Below, piece by piece: positions 10,686 to 19,018 of a DNA stretch of 49,237 bases. Both the position numbers and the translations under genes were made by a program. How positions within the stretch are numbered: the stretch's first letter is position 1; each line of letters starts with the position of its first letter. The notes beneath the pieces were generated by a model. It was not told the DNA's origin, did not search any database, and was given only the letters and a program-made list of their open reading frames with translations. The stretch is taken from NCBI GenBank assembly GCA_944390835.1, contig CALXQT010000021.1:1-49237 (forward strand). The letters are read 5' to 3'. Source of the DNA: an uncultured Alphaproteobacteria bacterium (lineage in GTDB: Bacteria > Pseudomonadota > Alphaproteobacteria > Rs-D84).

Positions 10686-10703
10686 GATATAAAAACAGGA
10701 AAT

Positions 10704-10730
10704 GCCCGGTAACACATAGTGTTGCCGGGC
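10704..10730 (+). terminator. Weak hairpin after rpoC
   Basis: gcccggtaaca-catag-tgttgccgggc stem with one G-U pair. The following T-run is poor (gtaggtttg). Confidence 0.3.
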
Positions 10731-10742
10731 GTAGGTTTGTAA

Positions 10743-11141
10743 ATGACAGAAGTTCCCGCGATTTTTTGTGACATAGATGGTGTCGTAAATAAAAAATTTG
10801 CTATTGCGAACTATGATCGCTTTGGTGAACCTAATGATAATATGGTACGTGTTCTGGAAACGTTGGGTCAGGACTTTACCATTGTCTTTATTACGGGTCG
10901 TTGGGCGATTGGTCAAGAAAAAGTCGAACAACATATACACAATATGCTACCAAATATAAAAAAACGCGTATTCTGTAAACCTCATGACTATCCTGGTACA
11001 ACTGCAGAATATAAATTGGCTAAGGTAAAAGAATTGGAAAAGCAGGGGTATAAATTTTACATGGGATTGGATGATCATAGCGCTGTAATAGGTCTGTTGC
11101 ATAATCATGGTATGTTTGTGGCGCGGGTTATATCAGAGTAA
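10743..11141 (+). CDS. HAD-superfamily phosphatase-like protein (small, single domain)
   Basis: 132 aa with an N-terminal FCDIDGVV (HAD motif I, DxDG) and later ITGR and GLDD motifs. The specific substrate cannot be inferred. Confidence 0.6.
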   Translation: MTEVPAIFCDIDGVVNKKFAIANYDRFGEPNDNMVRVLETLGQDFTIVFITGRWAIGQEKVEQHIHNMLPNIKKRVFCKPHDYPGTTAEYKLAKVKELEKQGYKFYMGLDDHSAVIGLLHNHGMFVARVISE

Positions 11142-11204
11142 AGTTTTTCTTGCAAAAACGTAAGATTTTAATAAAATGTCTAACTGTAAATAAAAGGATA
11201 AAAA

Positions 11205-11354
11205 ATGGCAACGCCAAAAAGTAAAACAAGTAAAGCACGTTCTGCACAGCGTCGTTCTCATGATGCTTTGTCTGTAATGCCTTGCACTGTATGCAAGACG
11301 TGCGGTGAAAAGAAACGCCCACATCATGTGTGTCCGGCGTGCGGTGCAAAATAA
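11205..11354 (+). CDS. rpmF: 50S ribosomal protein L32 (zinc-ribbon C+ form); not in the supplied ORF track (49 aa)
   Basis: My translation is MATPKSKTSKARSAQRRSHDALSVMPCTVCKTCGEKKRPHHVCPACGAK. It has the L32 signature KSK.R.R.SHDAL plus CxxC...CxxC. AAGGA lies upstream. It sits immediately upstream of plsX, as in many bacteria. Confidence 0.9.
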   Translation: MATPKSKTSKARSAQRRSHDALSVMPCTVCKTCGEKKRPHHVCPACGAK

Positions 11355-11422
11355 CCTATACAAAGGATTAAAAGCAGAATGGGGCGCATGTTTTGATGCC
11401 TTTCTGCTTTTTTTACATCATT

Positions 11423-12487
11423 ATGTCAGCAGATAAAAAAATCATAGCGATTGATGCAATGGGGGGCGATAAAGGCCCTAATGCTGTTTTGGGTGGTATA
11501 AATCAATTCTTATATCAAAATGGCGAGGATAAAGTATTCTTTCGCTTGTTCGGTCAATCAAAAATTTTAAACCGCTTATTAGCAAAATATCCACGTGTTG
11601 CACGTAATTGTGAATTAATCGAGGCACCAGGAATTGTTAAAGGAACTGATAAGGTTCGTGATGTTATTCGGCATTCCCAAGATACTTCGATGTATATGGC
11701 GATAAAAGATGTACGCGAGGGTAATTCTGCTGCTGTTATCAGTGCTGGTAACACAGGAATGTTGATGTCTTTGTCAAAATTAGCATTAAAAACTATTGAT
11801 GGTATTGCACGACCTGCTATAACGACTATGCTTCCGTCTGGTGGCGGTGATTCTCGGGTTGTTGTATTGGATTTGGGTGCAAATGTTCAATGCAGTGAAA
11901 GAGAGTTATTCGATTTTGCTATTTTAGGTAGCGTATATGCTGAAGTAATCGGTAAAATGCCTCGTCCAAAAGTCGGGGTTTTAAATATCGGCGAAGAAGA
12001 AACAAAGGGTAATGAAACATTACAGAAATTAAATAAACTGTTGTCAGAACATAAGGATGAATTACCATACGAATACATAGGTTTCGTTGAGGGTAATGAT
12101 ATAGGCGGTGGTAATGTTCAGGTTGTGGTTACAGATGGTTTTACTGGTAATATTGTTTTAAAGACGGTTGAAGGTACCGCAAAATTGATAAAACGCGTAT
12201 TGGTAGATAATTTAAAGAAATCTATATTGGCGATAATTGGTGCGTTCTTTTTGGTACATGTTTTTAAAAGATTAAAAAACAAAATAGACCCACGTTCGTA
12301 TGCAGGGGCCACTTTTCTTGGTTTAAAGGGATTTGCTGTAAAAACACATGGTAACAGCGATGCGCTGGCTTTTGCGAACTCTATTAAATATGCAGCAGAT
12401 TTAACTGGCGCTAATTTAAATGATGTAATTGCAGCACGTGCGGCTTCGGTATCAAAAATTCGCGAAGAAATTATAATTCAGGAATAA
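11423..12487 (+). CDS. plsX: Phosphate acyltransferase PlsX
   Basis: The product MSADKKIIAIDAMGGDKGPNAV... is typical of PlsX. Motifs ISAGNTGMLM and TDGFTGNIVLKT are present. The start is chosen at ATG 11423; the ORF-track TTG at 11393 adds a hydrophobic, non-conserved extension. Confidence 0.9.
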   Translation: MSADKKIIAIDAMGGDKGPNAVLGGINQFLYQNGEDKVFFRLFGQSKILNRLLAKYPRVARNCELIEAPGIVKGTDKVRDVIRHSQDTSMYMAIKDVREGNSAAVISAGNTGMLMSLSKLALKTIDGIARPAITTMLPSGGGDSRVVVLDLGANVQCSERELFDFAILGSVYAEVIGKMPRPKVGVLNIGEEETKGNETLQKLNKLLSEHKDELPYEYIGFVEGNDIGGGNVQVVVTDGFTGNIVLKTVEGTAKLIKRVLVDNLKKSILAIIGAFFLVHVFKRLKNKIDPRSYAGATFLGLKGFAVKTHGNSDALAFANSIKYAADLTGANLNDVIAARAASVSKIREEIIIQE

Positions 12488-12502
12488 ATTTTTATTTGAT
12501 AT

Positions 12503-12536
12503 AAAAATTACCGGCAATTACTTGCCGGTAATTTCT
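12503..12536. terminator. Bidirectional rho-independent terminator (plsX / 12609..12944 gene)
   Basis: 11-bp stem attaccggcaa-ttac-ttgccggtaat, flanked by an A-run on the 5' side and T's on the 3' side. It lies between convergent genes. Confidence 0.7.
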
Positions 12537-12608
12537 CCCTTCCTTCTGGTTCCCCAGAAACTGTACAATTCGTCCACAGGACCGCATTTATGGACTGTGA
12601 ATATGATT

Positions 12609-12944
12609 TTACGCGGCGCGCACAACTTTTTCTGTGCCTTCATTATCTGATGCGTCCATAATTTTTTTCGCTTCAGCAAAAACCATTTCTTTTACACGCA
12701 AGGCCAAAGTTCTGGTATCCATTGTTTCTGCTGCAACGTCAAAGTTGTCTGTGCGTATTTGTAACGATACGTATGCACCAACCAATGATGTTCTTGCCAG
12801 GTCTTCAATAGAACGAGGCGCATTGTTATGACCTATTTGTAATTCGTCCGCTAAAGATATAATTTGACGATCTTCATTAACCCATACGGTTGTTGTTAAA
12901 ACTTGGTTCAGAGCAATCATTATTTCTTTTATAGATTTTGACAT
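12609..12944 (-). CDS. Hypothetical 111-aa cytoplasmic protein
   Basis: A strong SD (AAGGAGG, reverse complement of tccctcctt) lies about 10 nt upstream of the ATG at 12944. No signal peptide or TM segment is present and no family was recognised. Confidence 0.7.
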   Translation of the reverse strand: MSKSIKEIMIALNQVLTTTVWVNEDRQIISLADELQIGHNNAPRSIEDLARTSLVGAYVSLQIRTDNFDVAAETMDTRTLALRVKEMVFAEAKKIMDASDNEGTEKVVRAA

Positions 12945-13202
12945 TGTGCGGTCCCTCCTTTCGGGTTATGTTATAAAAATTAAATCAGTTTTTGTATTTA
13001 CATTAGTATTTACAAAAAGTGTTTTTTAATTTTTTATTAAATTTTTATTTTTGCCTGAAATCCGGTTTTTTGCAGATTTCTAAGGTTTTTAACTCTTTTC
13101 TCCTTGTCTATACAAACATCTTAGAACAAAAACGAATCGCACGTCAAGCACAAAATATAAATATTTAAATATTATTTTAAAAAATTATAGTTTTACTTAT
13201 AA

Positions 13203-13253
13203 AACCATAAAAAACCATAAAATAATTATAAAATGTCATTGACAACCATAAAA
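13203..13253 (+). repeat. Three exact copies of AACCATAAAA (candidate MraZ operator boxes)
   Basis: Copies are at 13203..13212 and 13213..13222 (tandem) and at 13244..13253 (inside the -35/-10 spacer of the putative mraZ promoter). Confidence 0.5.
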
Positions 13254-13267
13254 TGACATGCTAAATT
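13239..13267 (+). promoter_or_regulatory. Sigma70-like promoter for mraZ
   Basis: TTGACA (13239..13244), a 17-nt spacer, then TAAATT (13262..13267). It lies about 55 nt upstream of the mraZ ATG, preceded by AT-rich phased A/T tracts. Confidence 0.45.
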
Positions 13268-13321
13268 TCTTCTGAAGTCAAGGAAAGGGACCGGGCAGAT
13301 GCCCAAAACAAGGACCTAGAA

Positions 13322-13768
13322 ATGTCATTGTTTCTCTCATCTTATGAAAATCGTTTGGATACCAAGGGGCGTATATCTGTTCCTGCCTCTTTCCGGGCTT
13401 CTGTTGCTTCTGAAAAGTTCTCTGGTGTTGTTTTATATCGTTCTTTTACGCATAATTGTATCGAGGGGTTGTCTATGTCTAGGATGGAACAATTGGCTTC
13501 TGCAACCGATAAAATGGGCGTATTTAACACAGAATTAGATGACCTATCTGCAATGTTATTTGCCGATGCGCGGCCTCTGACTTTTGATGTTACAGGGCGT
13601 ATCGTTATCCCTGCAGACTTATTGAAGCATGCCGGTATTAAAGATAAAGCAATTTTTGTTGGGCGTGGTAATAGTTTTCAAATTTGGAATCCAGAAGAGT
13701 TTAAGAAAGCGCAAGATAAATCATTAGATAATTTGCGCTCTATTCGTCCTAATCTCGTCATTTCATAA
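13322..13768 (+). CDS. mraZ: Transcriptional regulator MraZ
   Basis: 148 aa. The N-terminal LDTKGRISVPASFR and a second GRIVIPADL motif are the duplicated SpoVT/AbrB-type MraZ repeats. AAGGA lies upstream. Confidence 0.9.
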   Translation: MSLFLSSYENRLDTKGRISVPASFRASVASEKFSGVVLYRSFTHNCIEGLSMSRMEQLASATDKMGVFNTELDDLSAMLFADARPLTFDVTGRIVIPADLLKHAGIKDKAIFVGRGNSFQIWNPEEFKKAQDKSLDNLRSIRPNLVIS

Positions 13769-13775
13769 AGGTAAT

Positions 13776-13803
13776 AAAAAAACCCGTTAAAACGGGTTTT
13801 TTT
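13776..13803. terminator. Bidirectional terminator (mraZ / 13802..15958 gene)
   Basis: aaaaaaacccg-ttaaaa-cgggttttttt: a GC stem with an A-run and a T-run on either side, between convergent genes. Confidence 0.75.
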
Positions 13804-15958
13804 ATTGTATGATTTCAGCAATCCATTCTTCTGCCGTTAATGGGTCACCTGTATCAATATCGTTCGTTATCCCATTGACGCTCATACATGTCGTGATAAT
13901 AGAGTTACATGCTTTGATAGCAAGTTTGTTTCCTGCGGATAACACTGGTTTACCGTCGGAACCCTCTGTATTATTGTCAACGTCATAATTACTCTGGGCT
14001 AAACATGCGGATACATCACTTATACAATTTTCCGCATAATCTGCCAAAATTGTGTCTTGAGAAGACTTAATCTGAACCAGAGTACGATTTAAGAATTCTT
14101 TTATAACGTTGTTTGTCGGATTATATTTTGCATTCTGACCTGTGCCATCGTAAGAGTAGTCTTGGCACTGATTTAATACAGATATGCACATACCGTAATT
14201 TTTACCGTCTTCATTATAACCGATTTTATTTTGTAAGAATTCGGACATGTTTGTTGACGGATTTTTCGCTGCTGTATCCGAAACGGTTGTAGATATATAG
14301 TCACTTAAAGAACCTGTGGCCTCGTCTGTTCCCCAAGCACTTTTGTTGGTATCATACTTCCATGTTTCATATATCGGCGCCTTAGAATCACCCTGGGCAC
14401 CAGGAGTGCTTCCTATCACAATTTCACCGTTTACTATATATTTACCAGTTGGATCAAGACAGTTTTCATAATCATCGCCACATACAAAATCTTCTTGCAT
14501 ACAAGAATCCAACTCCGTTATACATTCACGTAAATTATAGACGTTCTTTTGCTGGGCGACTAACAAACGTGCACGTTGTAAAACGCTTTTCGCATTACGT
14601 ACGGTTGCCGTCATTTGGTCGTTAGATTCTGTTAATGAGCGTTCATATGCTATACATGCTTTATCTATCTCCAAATCATATGAATTTGTTATAACACTTA
14701 CATCAACGCCTTGTGCAGAACAGCTATTCAAAACTGCTGCCTTACAGCGTGCAGCTGCTGTTTTATATAATTGCTCGCCACGTTGATTGCTGATGCTATC
14801 TGTGTTATTGGACATGCCCAAGAAAGAACTTAAATCAAATCCAGTGCTGTCTATAGAGAAATCTAATAACCCAGATAAATCAAAACTTAAGCCACTAGAA
14901 GAAGAAGAAGTTGACGCAGTCCCAGGTTTAACATCGACAATCATTGCTTTAATTTTATCTAAAGAATTTTTTAACTGGGTATTGTCGCTGGTCTTTTGCA
15001 TTTCTAGTTCTGCCTCTGTTTGTGTGAACAAAGACTCTACTTGGTCAGCGCTTAAACCTATATATTGAATTTGTTGTGCAACATCTTGTAAACTTTCAGT
15101 TGCTTGTTTTAAAGCTTCTTCTGTTTCTGAGTAGTTAGATAAGTTTGCGCTACAACTGCACCGTCCCTGATTATCATCTAAAACATTACAGAAGTTATCC
15201 ATACATGCGACATATTGGGCTTTACAATAATCTGTTAATTGCGCTAGCTCATCAATAGATACAGCAGACGATACAGATTCCGTTGATGATGTAGTTGAAG
15301 TTGAAGAGCCAACACGAACAGTAGGAACACGGGTTGAAACACTGGCGGTATTGCTGACGCCAACGCGACTACTGCTGCTGACATATAAAGGTGTATTTAC
15401 GGTATCTGTTTGAACAATAGAGGCACGTGCTGTATTGGACGTTTCCGAATTAGACGTATTGCGTGCTGTTACACCAGGTTGCGATGAATTTGCTGCAGTT
15501 GAACGAATAGCTGGAGTCTGGCGATTAGCCGTTGTCGTTGCTGCCGCAGACCTGGAAGTAGTAGTTGTTGTTCCACTTCTTGTTGCATTACTACGTGAAA
15601 CTGTTGAACTAGACGTAGATGTTGGACGAGAGCTTACCGTACGAGCAGTCGTTGTATTTGATGCATTTCGTGACGATAAGTTTCGTGAAGAATTTGATGT
15701 GGAAGATGACGTCATTACGCGTGACGATGTCGTACGCCCTGTTGCATTACGTGGACTTGTAACATTAGGAGTAACAGGAACAACAGGTTCTTCGACTTGT
15801 TGGGGTTCTGAAACCTCGATTTCTTCAGTAATAAAGTCTGCATCTGGCATTTCTTCTGCATATTGTGCCATCAATTCTTCATAATAATATGCTGGCGCAA
15901 TCTCTGCAAATGCAGGCAAAACCAACAAACTACTAAGTACAGCAATAAATCTTTTCAT
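13802..15958 (-). CDS. Secreted protein: signal peptide, acidic segment, Ser/Thr/Arg/Asn-rich low-complexity spacer, Cys-rich C-terminal region
   Basis: Signal peptide MKRFIAVLSSLLVLPAFA. Residues about 62-235 are low-complexity S/T/R/N. The remaining region has 18 Cys, including six C-x6/7-C pairs. AAGGGAAG lies upstream of the ATG. No family was recognised. Confidence 0.85.
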   Translation of the reverse strand: MKRFIAVLSSLLVLPAFAEIAPAYYYEELMAQYAEEMPDADFITEEIEVSEPQQVEEPVVPVTPNVTSPRNATGRTTSSRVMTSSSTSNSSRNLSSRNASNTTTARTVSSRPTSTSSSTVSRSNATRSGTTTTTSRSAAATTTANRQTPAIRSTAANSSQPGVTARNTSNSETSNTARASIVQTDTVNTPLYVSSSSRVGVSNTASVSTRVPTVRVGSSTSTTSSTESVSSAVSIDELAQLTDYCKAQYVACMDNFCNVLDDNQGRCSCSANLSNYSETEEALKQATESLQDVAQQIQYIGLSADQVESLFTQTEAELEMQKTSDNTQLKNSLDKIKAMIVDVKPGTASTSSSSSGLSFDLSGLLDFSIDSTGFDLSSFLGMSNNTDSISNQRGEQLYKTAAARCKAAVLNSCSAQGVDVSVITNSYDLEIDKACIAYERSLTESNDQMTATVRNAKSVLQRARLLVAQQKNVYNLRECITELDSCMQEDFVCGDDYENCLDPTGKYIVNGEIVIGSTPGAQGDSKAPIYETWKYDTNKSAWGTDEATGSLSDYISTTVSDTAAKNPSTNMSEFLQNKIGYNEDGKNYGMCISVLNQCQDYSYDGTGQNAKYNPTNNVIKEFLNRTLVQIKSSQDTILADYAENCISDVSACLAQSNYDVDNNTEGSDGKPVLSAGNKLAIKACNSIITTCMSVNGITNDIDTGDPLTAEEWIAEIIQ

Positions 15959-15985
15959 GCGAAATCTTCCCTTCTATTACATATG

Positions 15986-15994
15986 ATTTTATCA
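15986..15994 (-). promoter_or_regulatory. Extended -10 element (TGATAAAAT on minus strand) for the 13802..15958 gene, embedded in a palindrome
   Basis: The minus strand reads tgataaaat about 28 nt upstream of the ATG at 15958. It overlaps the inverted repeat atatgat-ttt-atcatat (15981..15997). Confidence 0.3.
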
Positions 15995-16067
15995 TATTAC
16001 ATAAAATGGCGCAAACAAAAAAATGGAATTTTGTATAAAGTTTCTATTTTTTTTACAAAATTATAAC

Positions 16068-17084
16068 TTATATACCAGACACATTTTTCTGCCATTTCCA
16101 TGCATTTCGCATCGTTTCTTCTAGTGGGGTTTTTGCATACCATCCTAGTTGTTTATTTGCCAAGTCGGAACATGCCCATATTGCTGGTACGTCCCCGGGT
16201 CTTCTGGCGGTAATTGCATATGGTAATTTAACGCCTGTGGCCGCTTCAAATGCTTTGACTAATTCCATAACTGATAAACCATGTCCTGTTCCTAGGTTGT
16301 AAATCTCAACGGTTACATCCTTTTTTATCATGTGGTTCAATGCAGCTACGTGGGCCTCTGCCAAATCATTTACGTCAATGTAGTCTCGTATGCAAAAACC
16401 ATCTGGTGTGTCATAATCGTTACCAAAGATATTTAAGCGTTCCCGGATACCTGCCGCAACTTGGGTAATATATGGCATTAAATTATTTGGAACACCGATG
16501 GGTAATTCGCCGATTTTTCCAGATGGATGAGCCCCAATAGGATTAAAGTAACGCAATAAAACAGCGTGTATTTTGGGGTTAGCTGTAACTGTATCTCGAA
16601 TAATTGTTTCCGCCATGATTTTTGTCTGACCGTATGGTGATGTTGCTGGACGCAACGGACTTTCTTCTGTTACCGGTAGTTCGTCTGGAATTCCGTATAC
16701 TGTGGCGGACGAAGAAAATACTATATTAGGGATATTAAATTTTTCCATCATTTCTAAAGTGTTTAGTAATGATAGTATGTTATTTCTGTAATACATTATT
16801 GGTTTTTCTACGGATTCACCCACAGCCTTTAAGGCAGCAAAATGAATTACCCCGATCGCATCATTGTGTCTAGAAAAGGCGTCTTGCATGGCCTGTTTGT
16901 CTGTGCAATCAAGTTGTTCAAATTCTGGTCGGATTCCAGTAATTTCTGAGATTTTATCCAATGTGTCTAATCTAGAATTTGAAAGATTATCAAATATAAC
17001 AACTTCAAAGCCAGCATTTTGTAAAGCGACAGTAGTGTGTGAGCCTATATAACCACAACCACCATTTACGATAATTTTTGCCAT
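16068..17084 (-). CDS. galE: UDP-glucose 4-epimerase
   Basis: 338 aa with the N-terminal Rossmann motif GGCGYIGSH, the SSSATVYG region and YGQTK (catalytic YxxxK), typical of GalE. GAAGGAG lies upstream. Confidence 0.92.
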   Translation of the reverse strand: MAKIIVNGGCGYIGSHTTVALQNAGFEVVIFDNLSNSRLDTLDKISEITGIRPEFEQLDCTDKQAMQDAFSRHNDAIGVIHFAALKAVGESVEKPIMYYRNNILSLLNTLEMMEKFNIPNIVFSSSATVYGIPDELPVTEESPLRPATSPYGQTKIMAETIIRDTVTANPKIHAVLLRYFNPIGAHPSGKIGELPIGVPNNLMPYITQVAAGIRERLNIFGNDYDTPDGFCIRDYIDVNDLAEAHVAALNHMIKKDVTVEIYNLGTGHGLSVMELVKAFEAATGVKLPYAITARRPGDVPAIWACSDLANKQLGWYAKTPLEETMRNAWKWQKNVSGI

Positions 17085-17223
17085 AAAAACTCCTTCTTTT
17101 TTGTATATTACATCAGCCTTTTAATTTTACCAAGGTATTTTTTCTGATTATTAAATCTTTTAATGAAATTGACATATTAATTAAGTATGTTATATATTAT
17201 ATAGCCAATAAGGGGCTGTTTAA

Positions 17224-18810
17224 TTGTCTTTTATAAAAAAAGCTTTTTTATTTGTTTTAACATTGCCTTTTATGGGCTGTACAACTGTTCCGACCTCAAC
17301 AACTGACGAGCGGTTGTTACATTATACCCCAAAGGTAACTGCTGCGGATTTTAATTATGATCCGATGTCCACACCAATTGCACAATGTTACGCGGATGAA
17401 TTAAATAAAAATCCGAAAATAAGTGGTGCTACGTTAATCGATGATGGTTTATCTGCTTTTGTTATTCGTGCGGCATTTGCGCGTATGGCTACAAAAACAA
17501 TAGATTTGCAGACTTATATTTACAGTAACGATTTCTCATCAAAGGTACTTATCGGAGAGCTAAAGCGTGCAGCAGATCGTGGTGTTAAAGTTAGAATTTT
17601 GTTAGATGATTATGGTACTAAGTCTGACATCGTTGATGTAATGTTGTTGAATCAACATCCGAATATAGAAGTTAAAGTTTTTAATCCTGTCGCAAACAGA
17701 TCTAGAATCTTATATTATCCGCAGTTCTTATTAGATTTTAATCGCTTAAATTCTCGTATGCATAATAAGTTATTCATTGTTGATAATGTTGCGTATATTA
17801 CAGGTGGGCGTAATGTGGGTAGTAATTATTTTTACCCAGAAACAGCCTCTAATTTTTCTGATACAGATGTTTTGTTTATAGGGGATATGACGAAATATGC
17901 GACAGCTAGTTTTGATGAATATTGGAATTATCATTTGGCTATACCTGCATCAGTATTTCCGAAAGCAAAATCAAAACGTGCAGTAAGTAAATTAGAAAAA
18001 AAATTTGCAGAGATAGAAAAGAAAAGTGCAGATGCTATCAAAGAATATAACAAAATAATATCTTTGGCTCAAAATGAATACAATAATAAGAAATTTGACT
18101 TCAGTTGGGGACACGGTAAGTTTTTAGCCGATCCACCGTCAAAAATAGAAATGACGATGGAAGAAAAAGAGAAATATCGTGGTGATATTGTTCAGGCGTT
18201 ACAATACCTTTGGAATGATACAAATGATTCTGTCTATATGTCTGCTGCATATTTTGTCCCAGGTCAGGGTGGTTTGGAGCATATGTTACAGGAAGAAAAA
18301 TCAGGTGTGCATATGACAATTGTTACCAACTCTTTGGCGTCAACAAATGCACCGACGGTTTATGGTAAGTGGGAAAAATACAGAAAACAATTAATAGAAT
18401 CTGGTGCGGACGTTTATGAGTTTATGCTGTCTGCGGAAAATCTTCGTGGGAAAGAACATGATAGAGAACGTAAACAGTCGAGTTTTTCTGTCTTACACAG
18501 CAAAACAATAGTTTTTGATGATGATATTTCTTGGATTGGCAGTTTTAACCTTGATCCTCGTAGTGCATATTATAATACGGAAAATGTCGCAATTTTTGAA
18601 AGTAAGGAATTTGCAGATAAATTACGCGAAATGATAATTCAAGATGCAAAAACGTCATGGCGGGTTACTTTAGACGATGGGGAACCAGTGTGGACCGGTT
18701 TGCGCCCTGGGGATGAAAAACCAAGGGTATACCGTCACAGTCCAGACACATCAGTATTTCGTCGTGCCTTGAAAATATTAACAAACCTTATTCCTGAAAA
18801 GTTCGTTTAG
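17224..18810 (+). CDS. Phospholipase D-family lipoprotein (cardiolipin-synthase/PLD-like, two HKD motifs)
   Basis: HKD motifs: HNKLFIVDNVAYITGGRNVGSNY and LHSKTIVFDDDISWIGSFNLDPRS. A lipobox-like LPFMGC follows the N-terminal hydrophobic segment. The start is TTG with AGGGG upstream; the stop is TAG. Confidence 0.85.
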   Translation: MSFIKKAFLFVLTLPFMGCTTVPTSTTDERLLHYTPKVTAADFNYDPMSTPIAQCYADELNKNPKISGATLIDDGLSAFVIRAAFARMATKTIDLQTYIYSNDFSSKVLIGELKRAADRGVKVRILLDDYGTKSDIVDVMLLNQHPNIEVKVFNPVANRSRILYYPQFLLDFNRLNSRMHNKLFIVDNVAYITGGRNVGSNYFYPETASNFSDTDVLFIGDMTKYATASFDEYWNYHLAIPASVFPKAKSKRAVSKLEKKFAEIEKKSADAIKEYNKIISLAQNEYNNKKFDFSWGHGKFLADPPSKIEMTMEEKEKYRGDIVQALQYLWNDTNDSVYMSAAYFVPGQGGLEHMLQEEKSGVHMTIVTNSLASTNAPTVYGKWEKYRKQLIESGADVYEFMLSAENLRGKEHDRERKQSSFSVLHSKTIVFDDDISWIGSFNLDPRSAYYNTENVAIFESKEFADKLREMIIQDAKTSWRVTLDDGEPVWTGLRPGDEKPRVYRHSPDTSVFRRALKILTNLIPEKFV

Positions 18811-18960
18811 ACATTCAAAATAAATCTATTTCGCAGATAAAGTCCAAGTTAGTAAAAGTGGTGTGGAGAAAAGAACTAAATAAAATATTAACGATTGGTT
18901 TTACACCTTTTTGAATTTTTATCACAATTGCTTTGCGAAAGCAGCCTTTATTATTGGTAT

Positions 18961-18997
18961 AAAAAACACCTTGGTGATATTGTTATTATCACCAAGG
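18961..18997 (-). terminator. Rho-independent terminator of guaC
   Basis: The minus strand reads ccttggtgata-ataacaa-tatcaccaagg followed by tgtttttt. Confidence 0.7.
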
Positions 18998-19018
18998 CAG
19001 GTGTCAAATATATAAGAT

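Noticed and set aside
12595-12603. Shared 9-mer ctgtgaata at both borders of the putative inversion (12595..12603 and 21485..21493) as recombination substrate
   Set aside because: The copies are in direct rather than inverted orientation and are only 9 nt long in AT-rich DNA. This is compatible with chance and cannot mediate an inversion.
12945-13321. The 377-nt AT-rich intergenic region as a replication origin
   Set aside because: I found no DnaA-box-like TTATCCACA motifs or their arrays. The neighbouring genes are not the usual oriC markers. Promoter and operator functions explain the repeats better.
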